A stretch of 63,735 nucleotides of DNA, filler included, from Craspedostauros australis (Eukaryota): NCBI GenBank assembly GCA_030167865.1. It is 8 parts of 8 records of this genome, joined end to end, with 100 filler letters (N's around TTAATTAATTAA, not from the genome) between each part and the next. Parts side by side here need not be neighbours in the genome. Positions count along the whole stretch, not along the records: positions 12,599 to 35,055 come from JALAGF010003774.1; positions 35,156 to 43,087 come from JALAGF010003775.1; 6 more parts are not named here. One strand, written 5' to 3'. Positions 25,222-37,807 of the stretch are shown piece after piece (position 1 is the first letter of the stretch; each line of letters starts with the position of its first letter). The notes under the pieces were generated by a model. It was not told where the DNA came from, made no database searches, and saw only the letters and a program-made list of their open reading frames with translations. Made by a program: the position numbers and the translations under genes.

Positions 25222-28200
25222 TTCCAATTGATAGGACGAGGCTGACATCCTCGGAGACAGAATTGCGATCATGGCAGAAGGGCAGCTGCGTTGCATCGGA
25301 AGTTCGCTTTTCCTAAAGAAGACCTACGGCGTTGGATATCAACTGACCATCGAGAAGAAGCCGATCGATGTGATGGAAAGCAAAAACGAAGCCATCGATG
25401 AAGGCCTCACGACGATTGTGAAGCAAGCTGTTCCACAGGCCACGTTACTGAGCAATGTGGGCACAGAAATGAGCTTCCAGCTCCCAATTGGCGCCGCTTC
25501 CACATTCCGCGACATTTTCGATGGTCTAGATGAGAGCGTTGACAACGGGAGCATCGTCACATACGGCGTTGGTATCACAACCTTGGACGAAGTCTTCCTC
25601 CTGGTCGCAAGAGGTGAAAAGGCCGATCAAGCGAATCCTGATCTCCCAGCATTGACTTCACGACGTGACGTGGATGCAGATCTGCAAAGCGGGATGGGCG
25701 GCGATACGGAGCGGCATGCTAACGTTGCGGCTCGCGCCAACGCCGATGGCAACCATAGCGAGAATGGAACGACTTCTCCTGCGAGTGATGACGGTGGCGC
25801 GGGTGATGCAAGCGGTGAAAACATTGACAATGCGGAAGGACGGGAGGATGCTGAGAGTAGCCGCGATCGCAACGAGCTGAACCAATCGGTTCGATCGCGC
25901 ATCGACTTTGGCCAGAAGGGCTTATTCGGCACCCACGTCTCTGCTCTGATCCAGAAGAGAGCTCTGAACTTCAAACGCGACAAGAAGGCATGGATGTGCA
26001 CCACCATCCTACCAACGCTGTTTGTCCTGATCGGCTTGATCTTGAACAAGTACGTGATCATCACCCCAGAGCTGGTGGCATTGGAGCTGACGCTGGAGGA
26101 TTACAATGGAGGAGAACCGATGGACCGACGCAACCCCATTCCCTTCAACTCGCCTGATACGGAATACTCGTGTCAGAACACGCGGTGTGCCGATCCGGTT
26201 CCTGTCGTCCAGCTCAACGAAACAGGAGAGCTGTACTCGTTCTGTGGCGTGACCGCGCTCCTGCCGGACAATCCGTCGTGCACTATCTCCAGATCGATGA
26301 GCGTGGTGAACAGGATCAACCAGTCCGGCTCGTTTGGTGTTTCGCAGAATGTTTCCGGCACCGACGAAGTCTCCAGCGAGCTCTTCGTGTCGGCCGCCAA
26401 CTACTCCGCCTCGCAGTATGGTGCCATCTACTTCACGCACGACCAGGACAGCGTCTTCAACTTCAGCGGGTTGGACATTCCGTACGCCCTTGGAGCTCCC
26501 GTGGCCTGCATCGCACAAAGCACAGGGCAGGACTACGTGAACTTCCCCGACTGTCTCAACTACGGTGGTATTGGTTACACGATCCGTTACAACTTCACGG
26601 CGCTGCATGTGGCACCGCTCTACCAATCTCTCGCCGATGAGGCCATCGTTCGGGAAGCGCTTGATGATGACAGCTTCAAGATCCGCACGACCATCCATCC
26701 TCTCCCGAGAACGCTGATCGAGGAGAACTTTGTGGCCGCAAACAATTCCTTTGTGCTCTGGTTCCTCGTCACGCTGAGCTTTCCATTCATCGCCGGATCC
26801 TACGCCACCTTTGTGGTCGCTGAGAGAGAATCGAAAGCAAAGCACCTGCAAACAGTGGCAGGCGTCAAACCGCCGGCGTACTGGATATCGACATGGTTGT
26901 GGGATGTTGCCAACTACCAGTTCCCGCTATGGCTCACGGTGATCCTGCTGTACGTCTTTGACGCTCAGGTCTTCACGACGACAAACCGTGGGGTTGTTGG
27001 CGGCGTCATCTCACTGCTGGTGCTGTATGGACCAGCAGTCGCATCATTCGCGTACATCGTTTCGTTCCTGTTCTCATCTCCCAGCCTTTGCAACCTGGTC
27101 CTGATCATCTCGGGATTCCTTGTGGGCCTAGGCGGAACCCTGGCAACTTTCATCATGCGATTGATCGGCGAAGACATCTGTAAGTTTCACGCCGCGTTGG
27201 GGTATCCTGCAGTATAGTCGTATGCTCAATACAGACTTGGAAGCTTGGGCGGTCGGAAGCGAGTTGAGTAACAGTTCTTCCCCCTTTCTCCCTCAACCTC
27301 AAACTCACCCTCATTCTTTCCTTGGCGCTCGCTACAACCTTCCGCTGTCGTCACGGTGTGGAATCGAACTGCATGATGCGTTGTTGTACAAATTCTAATA
27401 CTTGTACTCGTATGTACCATACGCACCAAATCATATCTGTGCGGCATCCTGCGCAAACATCGCAGCTAACCCTGACGAGAACCTGGTGACAGCCGCGGTT
27501 GCTGTGGAATGGACCTTGCGTCTGTTCCCACCCTTCAATCTGAGCAAGGGCCTGTTCTCTGCGATGAACGTTGACATTATCGAGATCTTGGAGGGGGAAG
27601 ACATCACGGTTTGGGACGGTAGGATCCTCCTGTTCGAAGTCCTTTTCTTGGCCTGGGAGTCCGTCGTTTACCTCTTCATCGCCATGAAGATCGACGAATG
27701 GTCCGCGAACCCTGATGCCGTGATCATGTTCCAAAAGTTCCTGGACATTGTCCTTCTCAGGCCACTGTTGTGTCCTATTCGCCAGCACAGCGAGCTGCGT
27801 GCCAGCATCCCCGACGACAGCGATGTCATTGCGGAACAGGAGAGAATACGATCGGGCGACGCCAACAGTGACATGATTGTGATCGACCGGCTCTCCAAGG
27901 TGTACGGGAACGGGAAGGTTGCCGTGAACAACATCTCGTTGGGCATTCCTCCAGGCCAATGCTTCTCACTGCTCGGGATCAACGGTGCTGGCAAGACAAC
28001 GACCATGGGGATGCTCACGGCCGAATTCCCACCCAGCAGCGGTGACGCCACATTGGCTGGATTCAGCGTGTCGCGGGAGCCAGAAAAGACACGCCGACGG
28101 GTGGGGTACTGCCCGCAGTTCGATGCTCACTTTACCAACATGACTGGGAAGGAGCATGTCGAGCTGTACGCCAGCATCAAGGGCATACCAACGAAGTTGG

Positions 28201-29588
28201 TGCGAGAAGCCTCCGCCGCAAAGCTGGCAGAAGTTGGTCTCAGCGAGTTTGACAGCAACCGCATCAGCATGGGGTACAGTGGCGGCATGAAACGCCGGCT
28301 TTCGTTGGCGTGCGCCACGATTGGGCAGCCGCAGATCGTTTTCCTGGACGAGTGCTCGACCGGCGTTGGTAAGTTGGAATTTGGAAGGTGTGCTGCACAT
28401 GCTGGTTCGTGCTGGTAAATGATGCGTCTTCGTTGCTCTGTGTTTGCTCTCGCCAGTGGTGCTCCCTCTTTGCTGCTGCGCAACATCTTCGATCTGCGCC
28501 GCCCATTGTCGCTCACATTGTCGCTGCGTTTCTTTTCAAATCGCTGTGGAACGTAATCCTTGTACACAAACTTCACTCTGCTCTGCTCTGACATGCATAC
28601 ATTTCGTACCACTCTGCTCTGCTCGATACCATACTGTAACGTATTGTACTGTGCTGCACTATGCTTATATTCCTGCTTGCTGTGTCGGTGTTTTCATGGC
28701 GCAGATCCTGTTGCCCGGCGAGAGATTTGGCAGATGGTGTCTGACATGGTCAATGACAGGAGCGTCGCACCGCAGGATCGCACCAGCGTCATCCTCACCA
28801 CGCACAGCATGGAGGAAGCCGAGGCGTTGTGTCCACGCATCGCCATCATGGCCGGTGGCAAGATTCGATGCCTCGGTTCTGCGCAGCACCTGAAGGACAA
28901 GTTCGGCCAAGGCTACCAAGTGGAGATGAAGATCAAGAGCACGGAGAAGTATGATACCGACTACCTCGCCCACCTGCGCGCAATTGAGCAGAGCTGTGGC
29001 GTGCAACTTTCAGGAGATGCCAAGCCGCACGAGGATCGCGGTGCAGAAACGACATCCGATCTCAGCAACGATGATGATGCCGTCGTTGGCGGAACTGATG
29101 CCAACCCTGAAGCAGAAGCAGCTGAGCTCGTGGCGGACGAAGGCGATGCAATGCAGGAGATGTATCTGTCGCTGGAGCAGATGCAAGAAGCATTGCGCGC
29201 AGCCAGCGGCGATGAGTATCTTGTATCCATCATCGATGGTACCAATCCCAACGGGTACGCAGTCCACAAGGCCGCATCCTCGCAGATCGGCATTGAGATT
29301 CACGAAGTTGCGCTGTTCGTCACGACCGAGCTCCGGATGCGAGAGATGCATGACTTCATCGCATCTTCGTTCGCCGCTTCCGTCATGCGCGAGCGTCAGG
29401 ACACGAAGGCCCGGTACGAGGTGAGCTCGGAGGGCGTGAGGATCTCAAATGTCTTCCAAAGCATCGAAGACAACAAGGACAGGCTGAAGGTTGCCGAGTA
29501 CGGAGTGAGCCAAACGTCGCTGGAGCAGGTGTTCAACATGCACGCTGCGGAGGCCGAGAAGCTCAAGCATGGCACGAACGATGGTTGA
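21275..29588 (+). CDS. ABCA: Full-size ABC transporter, subfamily A; exons 21275-21349, 21601-22624, 22875-23810, 24048-24448, 24746-24829, 25235-27179, 27466-28368, 28705-29588
   Basis: Two NBDs (LLGHNGAGKTT/LSGGMKRKLS/LLDEPTSGMD and LLGINGAGKTT/YSGGMKRRLS/FLDECSTGVD), EKELRQKELMKMM, ERESKAKHLQ, SQTSLEQVF; all seven introns GT-AG and in frame. Confidence 0.95.
25174..25217 (+). repeat. (CT)n microsatellite in ABCA intron 5, just before the acceptor
   Basis: Directly visible. Confidence 0.9.
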
Positions 29589-30542
29589 GTTGGAATCAAT
29601 AAACTTTGAAAAGAGAACTACTCCAGGATGACGTGCGATGCACGCTCTCTCTCTTGAATACATACCCTATCCACGACTTCGCCTTACGGATTGGGTGCAA
29701 TGCTTTGATCCCAAATGGCAGCACCAGTGATTCGAAAAGAGAACAATGCAGATGCTGGGCGGGAGCGGGCACACTTAGCCTCCACCTCAGCTGGTTGTCG
29801 ATTCCTCTCTACCTCAGACCGACGAGCTGGCAGGGGCTGAGAAGCTTCGATCGCGGTCCTTGCCAGAGGTTGGCCATCGAGATACGTCCTTGTATTTGTA
29901 CTTGTACGTGTATGTCGGATGGATGATAGTGTGAATCTTACCGAATAGTATTAGAGTGGAGCGCGCGTCCCAACAGCACAGCGCTTCGAATCGCTAACAT
30001 GGACCCATCTGTGTTTCTGGTTCAACAACAACAGACACGGCAGTAAATTCCGAACATGGATCGGAAAATATGCCACAACGCACTAACCAATCCGCCACCT
30101 CACATGATCGAGAGTCCCCCGTTGGACAGCGCGGGGGTAATGATGGTTGGCTCGTTCGTTTGTAGTACCGCGACGCTCAAATGCGATCCAATACATAGGC
30201 GAGCAGATCTACAAGTAGAGTAGAGTTGATTGGATCATGTGAAGGTTCAATCACAATGCTATTTGGTATCATGACGCCGTGTCTTGGCTGACTTTCTTTG
30301 GGCGTCTGTCAAAAGTGACAACGTGCGCTCCATTTCTCCTGTTGGGAACAACACCATATGTAAGCTGTTCCTACCTGTCGACAATAGTAAGCAACAGAGT
30401 GAGACGTTTTGGGTAGTAACATGAAATTGGCGGAATTAAGTTTACTCCAGTCGCCGTCGCGTACCTGTCGAGCAGCCGCCGAACAGCAGCAGCGTTCAAA
30501 GCTTAGCTGTCATCTATAATATGATAGAACAGCGCCGTTGTT

Positions 30543-31643
30543 TTACGCCGCGGCCGCCGGCAGCGCACGCCCCGACGACAAGACGTACAACTGACTCGCC
30601 ACGAGGACGTTGATCCATATCTGCTGCACCGTGCGCATGCCCAGCACTTGTTGCAGATACTGCGTTGCGGGGCTCGGCAACGTGAAGAGTATCGTGAGCT
30701 GCAGCAGGGTTTGCTGTGACAAGTCATCCTCCTGCAGGTCGTAATGCACCTGCGCCATGTTGTTGTAAGTAGCGACGCGCAAGACGCATCGCAGATGCAG
30801 TAACGTGATTTGGGAGGCGCCGCATGTATTCGTAATGTTGTCGTCGTCGTCTCCAATGACCTTGAGCACCTTGGCGTACATGCACAGCGCTTTTTGCAGC
30901 AACATTTGGTTGGTGCGGTTGTCGCAGTTTGCCAGTTGTTGCAAGTAGATTCCCCGCATGTGGTAGAGCAATGCCAGATTCCAGATGACGGATGCGCTGA
31001 GGAGTCGCAGCGCCTCGAGATCGCAGTGCTGCGACGCGAAGGCCTTGTGATTGAAGACGACCGCGTCATGGACATGGAAGCGGCCAAGCTGCGTGTTCTG
31101 CAGATGCGTCATGTGTGGCGGAAGTTGCTGCTGTTGCGCAGTCATGTCCGTGCTTTGACTCGAAGGTGTTGCTGTTGTTGCTGTTGGTGCTGCTGCTGAT
31201 GGCAGTGTTGATGGTGATACACTGGAATGCCCATGCGACGCAGACGCGGAGGCCGGCGAACTGAACAGGTTGATGCATCGGAAAGGCGGCTCACGATGTT
31301 TGCGAAGGATCGGCACATTGCCATCATCGAGATACAAACCAAATTCATCGCCATGACTCGAATCACAGTCGGTGTCGACGGAAGACACGGACAGGTCGGA
31401 CGACATCTCCGCAGATTGCGGATGCCGCGACTCCTCATGCGCGAGGATGCGCTGGAAGAGGGAGAGGCTCTGCGAGAGACGCGCCAAGGCCGGTTGCTCT
31501 TCGTGCCGCAGCATCAGCTGCACGCCTTCATTGTTCTCGTCCATTGCGGCGCGCAGCATCTCGGCGTTCGATGACTGTTGTGGTTGCTGTGCCGCATGCG
31601 ATGTGACGTACATTGCGGCGGGTGCGATTTGGGGGTGGTTCAT
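30543..31643 (-). CDS. TPR-like helical protein of a diatom-expanded family, 366 aa
   Basis: NNEGVQLM...ALARLSQSL; SASVIWNLALLYH; ATYNNMAQVH; ends in PAAAA*; strong GC3 codon bias. Confidence 0.7.
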   Translation of the reverse strand: MNHPQIAPAAMYVTSHAAQQPQQSSNAEMLRAAMDENNEGVQLMLRHEEQPALARLSQSLSLFQRILAHEESRHPQSAEMSSDLSVSSVDTDCDSSHGDEFGLYLDDGNVPILRKHREPPFRCINLFSSPASASASHGHSSVSPSTLPSAAAPTATTATPSSQSTDMTAQQQQLPPHMTHLQNTQLGRFHVHDAVVFNHKAFASQHCDLEALRLLSASVIWNLALLYHMRGIYLQQLANCDNRTNQMLLQKALCMYAKVLKVIGDDDDNITNTCGASQITLLHLRCVLRVATYNNMAQVHYDLQEDDLSQQTLLQLTILFTLPSPATQYLQQVLGMRTVQQIWINVLVASQLYVLSSGRALPAAAA

Positions 31644-34600
31644 GGTGGTGGTTGATGGGTTGATTTATGTTGATTGTTCTTTTTGTGATTGTTCTGATTG
31701 TGATTGTTCTGATCAGTTTATGGATACTCTTCGGAGAAATATGAGTTCCTGATGGCCAATGCAGAACAATGCTGACCAATGCCGATTGTTGGTTGTTTAT
31801 TGTTTATTGTTCGTGGTTTGCTTGTGTGTGGGTGTGGGAAATGTGGCTGCCGCTAGTCGCAGTCTGTTCGTGTTCAAGGACCACCGGATGATCTTTCGTG
31901 CGATGCGACTCTGAGTGCTTTTGGTGTGGTTGCGGAATTGAATCGGAACGGAAGAGTCTGTTCGAAACAGCAGCAGCAACAACAACAACAACTCCGCAAT
32001 AAATGAGGCAATGCGAAATCTCTGTTCCCGATCTTTGTGCAGCTGCGGTGTGACGTCGTCAGATTGTGTTTGTTTGATGCACTTGTGCTCGTGAGAGTTG
32101 CAACGGCTGCGCGTAGAGTGTTGGTATTCTACTATGGGCGTGCTCCGAAGAGACTCTGTATGGCACACAGCACGATTGTTCAGATCAGAATCTATGTGCA
32201 GTGCAACGATGTTGCTGCAGTGGAACAGAGAATGAAGGTGGTTGTGTGGTTTTGTGTTGTTTTGTTTTGTTCCAGTAGTGGGTTGTCTCGTGGTAATGCA
32301 GCCCTGTTGCGCGAGGAATCGGCACTACTCCATCGCGACGCGCTGCGCTGTGCGCTGTGTCTACGTTGTCTTCTCGCGACAAAATACACGCGTCACGAGC
32401 AGAGAAACGCCTGGGCGCCACCTTTCGCAGAGTCGTTCTCCATTCCTCTCGTTCGCTCGCGAAGACAACACACACGCATGCGCTGCAGAATCATGCTCTG
32501 CTTTGTAGTGGCGCTCGTGAGCACCTGCCATGTGCCCAACGCAGTACAGACGCATAGGGCATAGATCGTGTTCGTCTTGGCCATTCGCTGTCCTCACAAG
32601 CCGAGTCTTGTTGTGCGAGAGGGGCGTTTCTGCACTTCGCACACGCACACGCACCAACTAAAGTCTGACCTGGTTCGTTCCGTGCGAGTATTCTTATCTC
32701 GATGGGACAATTAGACCACAATAACGCAAATGACCATAAATGTCGAGCAATAAAATTCTGTGTGACGAGAATGGTACACAGACGCACAAGCGGATACGGT
32801 GCGGACTGCTCTGAAGATCGGTGACGCCCATTGACGTCACTGAACTTTGACACTTCTGCTGTCAGTCTTGGTCCGACCTCGCACGGAGAAACGGAATGGC
32901 AAAGCAGAATTCCAGATTCCCTTTTCGCGAAAGAATAGTATCTGCGTTGTCAAAGACGCTGGATTTTGCGAGAACCTTTGGTCTTGTTTGCAACTTCTTC
33001 ATTCTGTCCGTTTTCATGTCCGTCAATTTGGACTTGCTTTCAGTACCTGATTACTTCGAGAAGTGGCGAAGTCGCGAACCGGTGAGGCGGAAGCCGTTTC
33101 AGAGCATCGCTTGCGGATTCCAGACACACGTCTGTTTCGTCGCTCATGGGCACTTCGCGAATCTGCGGCGCCATCGAACGCACTGATACCGTATGTCGTG
33201 TTTCGCTCTTGGTATTGCGGATGCTCGCGCCACGCACCAACAAACAACTTGTGGGTCCACACGAGATGTGCTTAAGCCTTGCTGCAACAGCGAAGGAACC
33301 ACGGTGGCTTGTATGCTGCGGTCACAGATATTCTTGTATAATTGCGCAATCCAGGTTACGCCATTGAGAAGTGCAATCCCCTTTAAGTGATTGTTCCATC
33401 CAAGACGCTGATGTGCCCCGCTAACAAGGTTCAATTGGCTGCTCGTCGAGGCGGCGCACCGCCGAGAGCAGTTTTGCTTCCTCAAGTTCCATCTCGTTGC
33501 GTTGTCTGTCTCGCAAGGCCACGTTGCCTGTTCGATGCCATTCATTCATTATTGTTTGCTCTTGGGAAGGAGCCGCTTTCGTCCATGTCGAGATGCGTTG
33601 CTTGCAGCCCCAGTGTCCCCAATACTCCAACAAGTGACAACTAGAGTCAACCGTGGTCTCGCTTTCGCACAGACAACTCACCGTATCTGGCACCAACACC
33701 AGGGCTCGGATTTCCATTCTTTACACAGAGCAGGAGTTAATAGTCGATGTGGATTGTTGTCCGTATCGTCGTCAACATGGAGCCAGGCGATTGCGCTGGA
33801 ACTGCAACGTGTAACTCGTTTGGTCGTCGTATGTGCCCACACATCTTGTCTGTCCGCGTGGAGGGGATCCGCCTTCACGCCCAAGCAATGCTCGTTGTTG
33901 AGGTTGCGCCATGCCTTTCGTCGATCTTCTTGGCCGGCAGCACCAATGTCCCAAACTCAATTGGAGCAGAGACGAGCCTCTGGTTTCGCCAGGTCGTAAT
34001 GTCTTCGCCTGACATTGGTACTATTCGTCGCTACTCTACTCTGGTAGGAGCTGCACGACCGCATGATCGTCACTGTCTTGTGGCGTCGTGGTAGTACGCA
34101 GCGGGGTTCTTTCGTGAGTTCGTCGTTTCGCCTTCGCTGACATCATTCGCACAGCCGGTATCACCAACCATTACCAATAAACAAAACAACGCCGCAAGCA
34201 GGGGTGGTACTGTACAGTATTAGTGCTTTGCCCAGAGCCGTTGTGGATACGTATCCCTCTTCAAATAGCTTTTTCATTGCACTGTACTCTCGCCACTCCC
34301 CCTGATGCAGTTCTCCTCCGTGTACCATACCTCGCACTACCTGAACGGAAACACCAAACGCAACACAAAACGGACAAACAACGTCATCAATGGCGCACTA
34401 CCACAACAACAAGAAGCCCAATACACAAACAAACACCTTCATACATACTCTCTGTATCATAATACAAATACTCGATAAGAAACCACCAACACTGATCACT
34501 CCGTTGAACCAGCAGAAGCAACAACAATAACAACAACAATCACCATGTTCCAAGCATCCATCCGCTCTTTCGAGCACTCAATCGATGCCGATAGTTGAGA

Positions 34601-36620
34601 TTCAATGAGGGACAGACTATTACCGAACACGGTATCAACCTGATGGGAGAAATTCTTGGTTTTGGCGCGAAATCTTCCGACTTGATCGACCACCAAATCT
34701 TTTCTCCTCCTTTCTCTCCTCCATTCACGAATCCATCATGACCCAAACATGACCAACCTGACTCACATCCCACCTTGGGAACTATATGCTCCTCAGATCC
34801 TTTTACTACAACATACCTTGATTCCCTCCATGCTGATGACTACTGCACCACTGCCGTGGTCTTAACGCGTGTATCCAACCTGCTTCAACTCAAACAATGG
34901 AATCCGAGAGCCAGCTCCAACCACAGCCACTGCTTCATGGTCGTCACTGCCACATGCCATGATCTACACTGCAGTGTATCTACGTATGTGGAGAGCAAGG
35001 CGCTGTAATGACTGTATACCCTGTAGCACTGAACCAAGTACATCAGTGCAGGGTCNNNNNNNNNNNNNNNNNNNNNNNNNNNNNNNNNNNNNNNNNNNNT
35101 TAATTAATTAANNNNNNNNNNNNNNNNNNNNNNNNNNNNNNNNNNNNNNNNNNNNGGAGTTGAGGTAAACGCAGGCGAAGACCTTCTTGTCGCAGAAAAG
35201 CCACCTGGTCGAACTGGTCACAGACTAAATTAGTGCTTTGGGGCAGCCCTTCATCAGACTTGCACGATTCTCGCCATTTCCTATGTGCGGGTGCCTTCTT
35301 CGCGTTCTTGGCTGCCACCTCCACCGTTTCCGTGGCGCTGTGTGTTTGTCTTGTGCCATTTTTTGTGCTGCTTTCGCTGCTCAGCCTTCTCGATTGGATT
35401 CGCGTCCATATTCCTGATCTACGTTCGTTCCTTCACATATTGAATGGCACACGGTAGTCTGCGCGATCTCCACCCTTCATCTCTCTCTGTCTCGTTAGCT
35501 GCTGCGTTTCTGTCCCAGTCTTCACATACTACTTGTTTTCCCTCGCGCTCGATTTGCAAATATCTTCCTCCCTCTTGTAGTGGACCAAACATGTTTATTA
35601 TGGTTGATTCGTGTCAGGTACGGCTCTTCCTTGCGCCGCTCTGTAGCCCTCTTATTCGCTTTTCCATCCTTTCTCTGTGGTGGTCCTTTTTCCTTCTTGT
35701 GTCCTGTCCGCTCCATGGTTGATCCCTGCATTCTTTACCTCACGCTTTGTTTGGCGGTGTTCATTCTGCGCCACATCTGCCAAGTGGTCGCAACTTGTCC
35801 ATTCCACTCTTTGCAGCCCATGGCTATGACTACATCTCGGTCAAGCACTAGGCGTAGTTCCCCCTGTCCCACAGACCGACATCGTCACCAGCCGCGCTGG
35901 TGGCACTGTTGTTGTCGGTTTGGATGTCATCTGTGTGTTCGTCTCTCCATCCTTCCGTCCATCCAGTCATTCTTTGATGTCTCCCGTCCTCCGTCCCACA
36001 TCGCCAGCCTGTTCTTCTGTCTCTACAAAGTTCTATCCCTCTGCAGCAAAATATCTCTTCACCTACGCACACAAATCTCGCCACATTCATGGTGTTGCGA
36101 TTTGCACATTCCTCTCCTCTGTCATCCACTTCAGTGACCCGCATGTGTTGTTCCTGTTGCTATTGTTACCTTTTGCGGCCTTCGTTGCCTCTCGCGTCGC
36201 ACGCGTCTGTTGGCCTTGTCCATGGACAATTAGATAATTTTATTGCTTTGTTATGTAGCCAACAGACTTCGTCGCTTTGTTCCGGTCTGTCACAGACACT
36301 TCACAGATACTTTTCTGGTGCTGCCAATGGTCGCTTCCATAAGTGCGATCGCAGGCGGGCGTTCGGCACAATCGCTGACAGTGGAACGATTGCTGCTATT
36401 CCTCCACATTATTACGCCTTTTCCATTCTGAGCGTTGATCACGACTCGCTTTGTCGCCTCAAATCACGGCTTGCGGCATTTGCGGCGCACAGTCCATCTC
36501 CTCACATCGTTTTCGTTTCCCTCAGCAATGATTCCAAGAACAACACATGCCCTTTGCGAACTGAGAACAGCGACGTAAAATTAGAGAACAACGGAGAAAA
36601 CAACGGCGGGAGTATTATTG

Positions 36621-37807
36621 TTACGCTTTGTTTGGTGGGACATTTTGGTGTTTTGTTTCGAGGAGATCGACCCGTGCTGCATGCGGGACCCATGTCTGGG
36701 CTCTGAGCGATTTCGGATTCTTCACCACACTCGCCCAGAATTTCTTCCGGCGTTTGTGCAACGAGTTTGCGAGCGCACTTTCGACATCAAATGCAGGAAA
36801 GCCATGCGAGAGTTCAATCTGGGTCAACAAAGCAACTGCGTTGAATGCGAGGTGGTGTTTGTTTGGATCATGCGTCCAAATCTCTTTCATGCATCTCCAA
36901 TGTTTGATGCGGCGATTGATGGTTTCGTGGCGTGCGCGGCAGACACCATCAGTGACCGAGCTTGGTCCCCAGACGTGTTTGTCTGCCTTGTACCCAGCAT
37001 CCGCCACCACCATTTCGCCTTCGCGAAGTTGATGTTTGAGGCCAAAACGGAAGATCTGAAGGTCGTTGAACATGCCGCAGGGGAACGGGCCATTTGCCCA
37101 CACGATCTCACCGCTGGAGATGGAAACAGCGATTTCGTAGCGAACACCTGACCCCTTAAATTTGTGTGAGTACCACCCTTTGTTGAATGGTTTTGGTTCC
37201 TTGATACGCATGTCGGTTCCATCCACTGTCACCAGAGCAACAGCTTGTGGGGATGCGTTGCGGAATCGGTTTCCCCAGTGCAACTTCGCGTGGTGAAATT
37301 GAACGCCTCAACAAGAGCGAGAATAGCGCAACGGAGACAGAACGAGACCACACGTGAGAAAACGAAGAAAGGACGAGCCACATGCTGCGTGTTTCACTCT
37401 CGTCATGCTGTACACACTATACCTACCACCAGTGGCTTCGCATACTCCATGGTTTCGAGCACCTTCCACACCCACTCTCTAAATGTCTTAGTGCTGCATT
37501 TCGCCAAGCTCGCAAGGATAGATGCCGATGAATACTGTTTGAGAAAAGCGCTTGTCCACAAGAAATGCTTTGGTTGCATACTTCGTGGAATCATTCCATG
37601 CATCCACATGTCATTCCACAGCAGATGCAAGACTTCCCCAGTCGTTCCAAATACGGCGTTGAAACGACCTTGGACAGCTTTGCTGACATGAGGGATATCG
37701 TGTAACTCATAGCAATACCCAATCATAGAAAAACCTGTGACTGCGAAGTAACCTCTTGGAAGAGCGCGATTGTATTCGACCGAGCACATGACGCTGTTGG
37801 TTGCCAT
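36621..37807 (-). mobile_element. PIF/Harbinger (ISL2EU-like, DDE_Tnp_4) transposase; 2 exons (37807-37427, 37283-36621)
   Basis: Catalytic VTVDGTD, VVADAGY, RHETIN; WYSHKF; N-terminal helical PKHFLW...FLKQY...TFREWVW; GTAGGT...AAG intron joins KPLV|LHWGNRF in frame. Confidence 0.85.

Noticed and set aside
34199..35055. Imperfect inverted repeats at 34199-34304 and a hairpin at the contig end (possible TE remnant)
   Set aside because: Short and imperfect, no TSD or coding evidence
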